Source: a virus (lineage: Duplodnaviria > Caudoviricetes). Taken from it: a DNA stretch of 45,805 nucleotides. Below the pieces are notes generated by a model. The model saw only the letters and a list, made by a program, of their open reading frames with translations. It was not told where the DNA came from and made no database searches. The stretch covers positions 1 through 45,805 of the IMG/VR virus record IMGVR_UViG_3300017761_001556; one strand, written 5' to 3'. Positions 17,532-24,694 of the stretch are shown one piece after another. Position numbers and translations under genes: made by a program. Positions within the stretch are counted from its first letter, which is position 1. Every line of letters starts with the position of its first letter.

Positions 17532-17724
17532 CGAAGATTGGCGCGACATATGGGAGCAGTTTGATGAACATTATTTTGACATAGGCGAAGAGTTCCAAAA
17601 AGAAATGGTTGCGAAGCACGGTGCGGGGCACTATTACATGCACGGTGATGAGGATTGGAAAAGACAAAAAGCCTTAATTCAAAAACTTATTGAAGTCAAA
17701 CTAAAGGAGAAGAACAATGGTTAA
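17524..17724 (+). CDS. small hypothetical protein ending IEVKLKEKN
   Basis: GTG start after an AAGGAG embedded in the upstream gene end. Confidence 0.65.
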   Translation: MDDEDWRDIWEQFDEHYFDIGEEFQKEMVAKHGAGHYYMHGDEDWKRQKALIQKLIEVKLKEKNNG

Positions 17725-17872
17725 CCATAATAGAGACTACGAAGACTACGATACACAACGTCTAATTCTAATTGAGTACATGCGCGTGATGATTGCGCGA
17801 GGTGATTGGCATGGTGTATCTGATGTTGCTAACGACTTGCGTGTACTAGAAGCAGAAGAAAAAAATGCCTAA
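17717..17872 (+). CDS. 51-aa hypothetical protein (not in ORF track)
   Basis: AAGGAG RBS; MVNHNRDYEDY...DWHGVSDVANDLRVLEA. Confidence 0.65.
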   Translation: MVNHNRDYEDYDTQRLILIEYMRVMIARGDWHGVSDVANDLRVLEAEEKNA

Positions 17873-17880
17873 GCAAACTT

Positions 17881-18102
17881 ATGAAAACAATCATACATGT
17901 TAACCAACACAAAATACGCTCGAACATAAGTAGCGCGCATAAAGAACCTGTGCTAACAGTAAAGACCTACAAGTCCAACGACTACGCGCATGAAGTATCT
18001 ATTAAGGGCGACAGTAAGATTGTGTACTCACCAGATAAACCGTTGTCATGCGGCGCTAGGGTATGGATTGAAACCGAAGGGGAAGTGGAAATAATACGAT
18101 GA
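17881..18102 (+). CDS. conserved phage hypothetical protein
   Basis: IHVNQHKIR...PLSCGARVWIET motif. Confidence 0.75.
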   Translation: MKTIIHVNQHKIRSNISSAHKEPVLTVKTYKSNDYAHEVSIKGDSKIVYSPDKPLSCGARVWIETEGEVEIIR

Positions 18103-19964
18103 GCTTAATAACATTGGACTTTGAGTCGTACTACACCGACAAGTGTGGATTTAAAACACAAACAACTGAGGAATATATAAGAGATAAGGATTTTCAAGTC
18201 ATTGGTGTCGGCGTCAAGGTCGATGACGGGGAATCAGTATGGGTTACCTCTGATATAAAAGAATACCTATCGAAGTTTAATTGGGACGATTGCGCGTTGT
18301 TATGTCACAACACTCTTTTTGATGGCGCGATACTTGCTTGGCGCTACGGTATCAAGGCAGGATTATATATCGACACTCTGAGCATGGCGAGAGCGCTCCA
18401 CGGCGTTGATGCGGGCGGTTCACTGAAGGCTTTGGCTGAGATATATAAGCTGGGAGTCAAAGGCGACGAGGTTGTGGCTGCGAAGGATAAACGCCAAGAA
18501 GACTTTACGGCTGAGGACTTAGCGCGTTACGGTGCGTACTGCAAGAATGACGTTGAGCTAACGTACAAGTTGTTTAATACGATGGTTACTGAATTTCCGG
18601 GCGATGAGATAAGACTTATTGATATGACGCTAAGGATGTTTATTGACCCGGTATTTGAGGTTGATGATGCGTTGCTAGTTGAACGCTTAGAAGAACTAAA
18701 GATAGAGAAGAATGATCTGCTTGCTACATTAAAAGAAAGGTTGGAGTGCGATGATGAAGAGTCTGTTCGCAAGAAGTTGGCAAGCAATAAACAATTTGCT
18801 GCGATCCTTGAAGGACTTGACCCTCCTATTGAACCACCAACAAAAATTTCTCCGGTTACTGGGAGAACAACGCTTGCGCTTGCAAAAAATGACGAAGGCT
18901 TTATTGCACTATCGGAACATGACGACCCATTCATACAACAACTTTGTGCCGTGCGCCTCGGAACTAAATCGACTCTTGAGGAGTCGAGGATTACCAGATT
19001 TGTGGATGTTGGAAAACGGAACAAGGGAAAACTCCCTATACCACTCAAATACTATGGCGCTCACACTGGGCGATGGTCAGGTTCAGATAAGGTTAATTTT
19101 CAAAACTTGCCAAGTCGAGACAAGAAAAAGAAAACCCTCAAAAACGCCGTACTGCCCCCAAATGGGTGCGTGGTTATCAACTGTGACTCCTCTCAGATAG
19201 AGGCGCGTGTACTTGCGTGGTTGGCAGGGCAGGATGATGTAGTAGAACAATTCGCCAAAGGCGAGGATGTGTATTCAATTTTTGCATCTAAGGTATACAA
19301 CCGAACCATAACGAAAGCCGACCCTGTTGAAAGGTTCGTTGGAAAGACTTGTGTGTTAGGGCTTGGTTATGGCACTGGCTGGAGAAAGTTACAGCACACG
19401 CTAAAGACACAACCGCCCGGGGCTGTCATTGAGGATGAAGAGTGCCAACAGATAGTAAAACTTTATAGAGATGTCAATAGCGATATTATTTCTTTATGGA
19501 GAGAGTCTGACAATGCGCTAACTGAACTTGCCAACTGGGATGCTAAGAGCAAGCCGTTTTATCTAGGACTAAACGAAGCGCTGCGCGTTGTTAAAGAAGG
19601 GATTGAGCTACCGAATGGGTTATTAATTCGCTACCCAGAGTTATACCTAGATACGGAGGAAGTCAACTCCCAATACAAGTACAAGTCTAGGAAGGGCACG
19701 ATAAGTATTTGGGGTGGGGCAGTCGTTGAGAATGTGGTTCAAGCGTTAGCTAGAATAGTTGTAGGCGAACAGATGTTGGCGATTAATGAGCGGTATAGAG
19801 TAGTCCTGACTGTACATGACGCAGCAATTATCGTTGTACCAGAGGAAGAGAAAGATGAGGCTATGAAATTTATCATTCAGGCAATGTCTACACCGCCTAG
19901 TTGGGGGGCGACTTTACCTGTTGCATGTGAAGCAAAATGGGGGCATAGTTATGGAGAATGTTAA
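18099..19964 (+). CDS. polA: family A DNA polymerase with 3'-5' exonuclease (Leu762 type)
   Basis: ExoI LDFES, ExoII HNTLFD, ExoIII YCKND; TGRWSG, NFQNLP, motif A DSSQIEAR, motif B RFVGKTCVLGLGYG, motif C VHDA. Confidence 0.95.
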   Translation: MSLITLDFESYYTDKCGFKTQTTEEYIRDKDFQVIGVGVKVDDGESVWVTSDIKEYLSKFNWDDCALLCHNTLFDGAILAWRYGIKAGLYIDTLSMARALHGVDAGGSLKALAEIYKLGVKGDEVVAAKDKRQEDFTAEDLARYGAYCKNDVELTYKLFNTMVTEFPGDEIRLIDMTLRMFIDPVFEVDDALLVERLEELKIEKNDLLATLKERLECDDEESVRKKLASNKQFAAILEGLDPPIEPPTKISPVTGRTTLALAKNDEGFIALSEHDDPFIQQLCAVRLGTKSTLEESRITRFVDVGKRNKGKLPIPLKYYGAHTGRWSGSDKVNFQNLPSRDKKKKTLKNAVLPPNGCVVINCDSSQIEARVLAWLAGQDDVVEQFAKGEDVYSIFASKVYNRTITKADPVERFVGKTCVLGLGYGTGWRKLQHTLKTQPPGAVIEDEECQQIVKLYRDVNSDIISLWRESDNALTELANWDAKSKPFYLGLNEALRVVKEGIELPNGLLIRYPELYLDTEEVNSQYKYKSRKGTISIWGGAVVENVVQALARIVVGEQMLAINERYRVVLTVHDAAIIVVPEEEKDEAMKFIIQAMSTPPSWGATLPVACEAKWGHSYGEC

Positions 19965-20629
19965 CTAAAAGGTTCCCTATGAAATGGTCTTTCTCAAGTC
20001 TAAAACAGTACATTAATTGTCCGCGACAGTACAACGAGGTTAAAGTCTTAAAGAACTACGCGATAAAGCCAACGCATCAGATGCTCTATGGCACAGACGT
20101 ACATGAGGCGTTAGAGAACTATGCGAAGACGGGCGCAGAGCTACCACAGAACTACAAGCGATTTGCTGCTTTAGTTGACCCGTTGTTGGAGATTGATGGC
20201 GAGAGATTCATTGAGCATAAGATGGCGCTTAATGCAAGTAAGGAAGTATGTGGGTTTAACGACAGTGATTATTGGGTGCGCGGGATTGTTGACTTGATGA
20301 TTATCTCAGGCGATACAGCGTTCATCGTTGATTACAAGACGGGCAGTGACAAGTACCCTGACATGAAGCAGTTGAAGTTAATGGCTTTGATGACGTTCAT
20401 ACATTTTCCTGAAGTACAACATGTTAAGGCGGGTTTGTTGTTTATGTTGCATAACAACTTTATGCCAGATGAATACAGCAGGGTGGATATAGATAAATTA
20501 TGGAGTGCGTTTGCTCCAGACTTAGAAAGGTTAAAGATGTCGTATGAAACTAATAAATGGCAAGCTAACCCAACGCCGTTGTGTGGCTGGTGTCCTGTAA
20601 CTATATGTGAGCACCACAGAAGCCGATGA
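19958..20629 (+). CDS. PD-(D/E)xK Cas4/RecB-like exonuclease
   Basis: WSFSSL...CPRQY, GIVD, VDYKTG, QL, C-terminal CGWC-x4-C (Fe-S staple pattern). Confidence 0.85.
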   Translation: MLTKRFPMKWSFSSLKQYINCPRQYNEVKVLKNYAIKPTHQMLYGTDVHEALENYAKTGAELPQNYKRFAALVDPLLEIDGERFIEHKMALNASKEVCGFNDSDYWVRGIVDLMIISGDTAFIVDYKTGSDKYPDMKQLKLMALMTFIHFPEVQHVKAGLLFMLHNNFMPDEYSRVDIDKLWSAFAPDLERLKMSYETNKWQANPTPLCGWCPVTICEHHRSR

Positions 20630-20841
20630 AAATAATAAGACTTATGAAAGTAAAAGGGGCTTTGCGGTCGGCGATGTTGCCGGATGAGGCTTTAAAATAT
20701 GGGCAAGGAGCCGAGATAGCTGCTAAGTGGGAACCCGCGCACATACGAGCGGTGTCTTATTGGAGCTTAGACCATGAAGTTCATAACGATGAGATACACG
20801 GGGTAAAGAATGGCAATATTAACCGCCGCAACTATGAGTAA
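20626..20841 (+). CDS. small hypothetical protein
   Basis: ATGA-coupled 71-aa ORF. Confidence 0.5.
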   Translation: MKIIRLMKVKGALRSAMLPDEALKYGQGAEIAAKWEPAHIRAVSYWSLDHEVHNDEIHGVKNGNINRRNYE

Positions 20842-21022
20842 TGAGGCAATGAAAATACTTAACCAAGCTTTGGATGACGCATACAATGGCAAAGACAGAG
20901 AAAAGAGAGAACGAATCGGAGGCAACAAAGTCGCTCACGGCGCTCACGGCGCTCACGGCGCGCAACTTAGAAAATGTGAGGCGCAGCCTTCAAAAGCTGA
21001 CGAGACAGAGCAAAATATCTAA
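20810..21022 (+). CDS. small hypothetical protein with (AHG)3 repeat
   Basis: Start and stop both lie in the flanking direct repeats. Confidence 0.45.
   Translation: MAILTAATMSNEAMKILNQALDDAYNGKDREKRERIGGNKVAHGAHGAHGAQLRKCEAQPSKADETEQNI
20932..20961 (+). repeat. 9-bp tandem repeat (CGCTCACGG)x3
   Basis: Seen directly. Confidence 0.9.
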
Positions 21023-21045
21023 CGATGAAATTCACGGAGTAAAAC

Positions 21046-21300
21046 ATGGCGTACACGAACAAATCAAGACCCTATAAGAAAGAATACCAACAGGAGTTGG
21101 CTCGGGGTGAACATGATGACCGCATGGAGCGCCAACGCGCACGGCGTAAGTTAGACAAGGAAGGCGTAGCTCGTAAAGGCAAAGATGTGGCACATGTCAA
21201 AGCGCTTTCAAAAGGTGGTAGCAATGCAGACGGAGTTCGTTTAGAATCGCCGCACAAGAATCGTAGCTTTAAACGTAAGTCAGACGGTTCAATGAAATAG
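21046..21300 (+). CDS. small basic HNH-like protein
   Basis: GKDVAHVKALSKGGSN...NRS, a degenerate HNH (A replaces the usual D/H before His). Confidence 0.65.
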   Translation: MAYTNKSRPYKKEYQQELARGEHDDRMERQRARRKLDKEGVARKGKDVAHVKALSKGGSNADGVRLESPHKNRSFKRKSDGSMK

Positions 21301-21316
21301 TTTCCCCCAACCGTTA

Positions 21317-21442
21317 GATGTGAGTGGGCGAGGGTTTTAATCTATTTTTTTCCCTCATAAACCGCATCAGTTACTTAGCGCCGACCCTTTCGAGTTCCAC
21401 TTTTGGCGACGGATGTAACCGACTAACCCCCGTAAGGGGTTA
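21317..21442 (+). ncRNA. putative structured leader RNA upstream of the SNF2 helicase
   Basis: Nested pairings GATGTG/CGCATC plus GAGGG/CCCTC; GTTAC/GTAAC plus CGCC/GGCG; hairpin TAACCCC-CGTAA-GGGGTTA. Confidence 0.4.
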
Positions 21443-21466
21443 CGTTAACTATTAAGTGAGATTAAA

Positions 21467-23056
21467 GTGATAGACACTAAATTTGAAATACTAGATGATT
21501 GTGCGCTGCGTTTTAAATTACCCAATGCCTCAGCAGACTTTGCGTTAAAGTATATCGAGAGATGCGAAGCGCTATTTAAGACCCCCACTGATACTGAATT
21601 AGTTGTTTACTGGGGGCACGAAGAAGTTAACTTCCTTGCCGAAACCTTTGGCTTAAATAACATACCTTCCCCCATACTACGTGACTACAACTGGCCGGGT
21701 TTGTTTACGCCGTTCGCCCACCAGAAAACTACTGCATCATTCCTAGCTTCTAGACGGCGCGCGTTCTGTTTTAATGAGGCGGGTACAGGCAAGACGTCCT
21801 CTGTTATATGGGCAGCGGATTACCTTATGACTAAAGGGCTTATCAAGCGTGTGCTAGTAGTTTGTCCACTGACGATTATGTATTCAGCATGGCAGGCAGA
21901 TGTGTTTAAGACCGCTATGCACAGAACAGTTGGTGTAGCTTACGGACCCGCAGCTAAACGTAAAAAGATTATTAACGGAGAGTATGAGTTTATCGTCACC
22001 AACTACGACGGCGTAAATATATTAGCCGATGATATAAATAATGGCGGCTTTGATTTAATTGTAGTAGACGAGGCAAACGCATACAAATCAACAACTACCG
22101 TGCGTTGGAAGATACTCGCAAAATTAATTAAGCCCGATACTACTTTATGGCTTTTGACAGGCACACCCGCATCACAGTCCCCGCTTGACGCATTTGGCTT
22201 AGCGCGTTTGGTCTCGCCCAACAAAGTCCCCAAGTATGCTACAGCATGGCGGGATAAAGTCATGCAACAAATTACACGGTTCAAGTGGATACCCAAGCCC
22301 AGAGCAAAAGAGATTGTGTTTGATGCGCTGCAACCTGCGATTAGATTTAATAAATCAGACTGTCTTGATCTACCAGATGTCTTATACCAGACGCGAGAGA
22401 TACCACTCACTCAACAAGCCGCAAGATACTATAAAAGATTAAAAGACGACATGTTGATTAGCGCCGCTGGTGAACAAATAAGCGCAGTAAATGCAGCCGC
22501 TATGCTTAGTAAATTACTTCAGGTGTCGGGCGGAGCTGTGTATTCAGATACGCATGAGGTAGTAGAGTTTGATGTAAGTCCACGCATAACTGCGTTAGAA
22601 GAAGTATTAGAAGAAACTGAACATAAGGTGCTGGTGTTCGTACCATACACACATACGATTGAGCTGGTCAGTAAACATTTATCAAGTATTGGAGTATCTA
22701 ACGAAGTAATCAATGGCGCAGTGTCAGCTAATGCGCGACAGCTTATCGTAAATAAATTTCAAACTACACCTGATCCACGGGTGTTAGTCATTCAACCACA
22801 GGCAGCATCCCACGGTGTAACACTAACGGCTGCCGATACTATAGTTTTTTGGTCGCCTGTGATGAGTGTAGAAACGTACCTACAGTGTATTGCCCGAATT
22901 GATCGCGTAGGTCAGGTCAATAAGATGACGGTAGTGCATTTGCAAGGTTCAGAAGTGGAGAGGAAGATGTATCGCATGTTGCAAACTAAAGTAGATTCAC
23001 ATGAGCAACTTGTCGATCTTTATAAATCAGAAATAGAAGGGATTGATAATGAATAA
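21467..23056 (+). CDS. SNF2-family SF2 helicase
   Basis: FAHQ Q-motif, EAGTGKT, VVCP, DEAN, LTGTP, HGVTLT, QCIARIDRVGQ. Confidence 0.9.
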   Translation: MIDTKFEILDDCALRFKLPNASADFALKYIERCEALFKTPTDTELVVYWGHEEVNFLAETFGLNNIPSPILRDYNWPGLFTPFAHQKTTASFLASRRRAFCFNEAGTGKTSSVIWAADYLMTKGLIKRVLVVCPLTIMYSAWQADVFKTAMHRTVGVAYGPAAKRKKIINGEYEFIVTNYDGVNILADDINNGGFDLIVVDEANAYKSTTTVRWKILAKLIKPDTTLWLLTGTPASQSPLDAFGLARLVSPNKVPKYATAWRDKVMQQITRFKWIPKPRAKEIVFDALQPAIRFNKSDCLDLPDVLYQTREIPLTQQAARYYKRLKDDMLISAAGEQISAVNAAAMLSKLLQVSGGAVYSDTHEVVEFDVSPRITALEEVLEETEHKVLVFVPYTHTIELVSKHLSSIGVSNEVINGAVSANARQLIVNKFQTTPDPRVLVIQPQAASHGVTLTAADTIVFWSPVMSVETYLQCIARIDRVGQVNKMTVVHLQGSEVERKMYRMLQTKVDSHEQLVDLYKSEIEGIDNE

Positions 23057-23453
23057 TATGGAGGAATTAGTTAAAGCTTACTTGACTATTCGGAACGAAC
23101 GTGAAAAGATTGAGTCCGAATACAAAGATAAGGATGCTGCATTAAAAAGTGAGATGTCTGTATTAGAACAAGCCATGCTTGCTAACTGTAATTCCGTTAA
23201 TGCAGAAAGTATTAAAACCCCCGCAGGTACAGTATTAAAGCAGTTGAAGGAGCGGTATACATGTTCAGATCGCGATAACTTTAATAAGTTTGTAATTGAG
23301 CATGGTGCAGTTGAATTATTTGAAGGTCGTATTCACCAAAGTAATTTTAAAGAATTCATGTCCGAGCGTCATGAGGATGGTTTGCCGCCCGGCGTGAACG
23401 TGATGCGTGAATTTGGTATCACAGTAAGAAAACCCACAGTCAAATTAAGTTAA
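23049..23453 (+). CDS. conserved replication-module hypothetical protein
   Basis: Coiled-coil N-terminus, SIKTPAGT, LPPGVN motif; track start 23043. Confidence 0.75.
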   Translation: MNNMEELVKAYLTIRNEREKIESEYKDKDAALKSEMSVLEQAMLANCNSVNAESIKTPAGTVLKQLKERYTCSDRDNFNKFVIEHGAVELFEGRIHQSNFKEFMSERHEDGLPPGVNVMREFGITVRKPTVKLS

Positions 23454-23465
23454 AAGGAAATAATC

Positions 23466-24308
23466 ATGAGTAACGAACTCGCAACCATTATTGCAAATAA
23501 CCCTTCCCTTATTCAAACCGGACTCGACGCAGACACACTTGCCGTAGCTGGCGCAGGAGCGGGAGCAAATCAAACTAAGCGCCTTTCAATCAAAGGCGGC
23601 GTATTCCGTAAGATGGTTGGCGGTAAAGAAGTTGGCGCTATAGAAGACCGTCACATGAATATTATTTTTGTGAAGATGGCACACGCTGCTTCGCGTCAAT
23701 GTTATGAGGGCACGTATGTTGAAGGACAAGCTTCCTCCCCAGTATGTTGGTCGAACGACTCCGTTAAGCCTGACGCAGATGTTGAGCACCCTGCCGCCCC
23801 GACGTGTGACGTATGCCCAAACTCAGCTAAGGGGTCAAATGATTCGGGAGTAGGCGCGAAATGCAAGTTGTCATGGCGTACCGCTGTCGTCTTACCAAAA
23901 GACCCTAGTGGTGACGTATTGGAATTTGTTATCCCCGCAGCTTCGTCTTTTGGCAAAGAAGAAAACGGAAGATGGCCTTTCAAATCTTATGTATCCATGT
24001 TAGCAAGCAACAACATCGCAGCAGGTCGTGTGGTAACGAAGGTTCAGTTTGATACTAAAGTCCAATTCCCAAAGGTTCTGTTCTCCCCTGCGGGCGCAGT
24101 AGACCAAAACGATTACGACATAGTTACACGTCAAGGTAAGAGTCAGGCAGCAGAATCAGCAGTCAAACTTTCTGTTTACAAGAAGAAAGAAGATGGCGAG
24201 GCCGCACCTGAAGTATCTGAGCCGACTGTCCGTGAATCCGCTAAGCGCGTTTCGTCCGAGAAGGCGACCGATGCTACGGATGTTATTAAAAAATGGACTA
24301 AGAAGTAA
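23466..24308 (+). CDS. putative single-stranded DNA-binding protein
   Basis: KRLSIKGGVFR, PVCWSND, CDVCP, beta-rich core, flexible C-terminal tail; lies between helicase and primase. Confidence 0.55.
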   Translation: MSNELATIIANNPSLIQTGLDADTLAVAGAGAGANQTKRLSIKGGVFRKMVGGKEVGAIEDRHMNIIFVKMAHAASRQCYEGTYVEGQASSPVCWSNDSVKPDADVEHPAAPTCDVCPNSAKGSNDSGVGAKCKLSWRTAVVLPKDPSGDVLEFVIPAASSFGKEENGRWPFKSYVSMLASNNIAAGRVVTKVQFDTKVQFPKVLFSPAGAVDQNDYDIVTRQGKSQAAESAVKLSVYKKKEDGEAAPEVSEPTVRESAKRVSSEKATDATDVIKKWTKK

Positions 24309-24316
24309 GGAGAATT

Positions 24317-24625
24317 ATGCCGCGCCCATATAGTCAGAAGTTCATTGAGGGATTGAAGAAGGACACCCATCGCATAGGTGTGTTGTTAGCAAGGGAATGT
24401 GTAAGAGCTAATTTACCCGCCAAGTATGTAGCAAAAGCGATGAAGGTGTCCCGCGCTACAGTCCACAATTGGTTTCGCGGCAGAATTCTTCGTGACAATC
24501 ATGAGGAGTTAGCTTTAGCTTTCATATCAATAATTCAAAAGGATACACGTAGCGGTGTATTACCAGCGAAGTCAATGAAGGAAGCTAAAGCTTATATCGA
24601 AAGTGTAATAGGCGAACCGATCTAA
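24317..24625 (+). CDS. Cro/XRE-like HTH protein
   Basis: VAKAMKVSRATVHNWFRG. Confidence 0.75.
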   Translation: MPRPYSQKFIEGLKKDTHRIGVLLARECVRANLPAKYVAKAMKVSRATVHNWFRGRILRDNHEELALAFISIIQKDTRSGVLPAKSMKEAKAYIESVIGEPI

Positions 24626-24656
24626 CGGGTACATAGCAAGTGCCCAACCCATTAAC

Positions 24657-24678
24657 AAGGCAGGAGAAATCCTGCCTT
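24657..24678 (+). other. GNRA stem-loop just upstream of the primase-helicase (weak terminator or translational control)
   Basis: AAGGCAGGA-GAAA-TCCTGCCTT with no good U-tract. Confidence 0.5.
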
Positions 24679-24694
24679 TCTTGCCTCTGCGGAT

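Larger units (their letters stand above)
20784..21050 (+). repeat. imperfect 31-bp direct repeat (20784-20814 and 21020-21050) carrying RBS and ATG
   Basis: TAACGATGAGATACACGGGGTAAAGAATGGC versus TAACGATGAAATTCACGGAGTAAAACATGGC, 26/31 identical. Confidence 0.8.

Noticed and set aside
18099-19964. DpoZ / Z-genome system
   Set aside because: No purZ, datZ or mazZ-like gene is visible in the window
21046-21300. Mobile homing endonuclease or intron
   Set aside because: Only 84 aa with a degenerate HNH, free-standing, and neighbouring genes are uninterrupted
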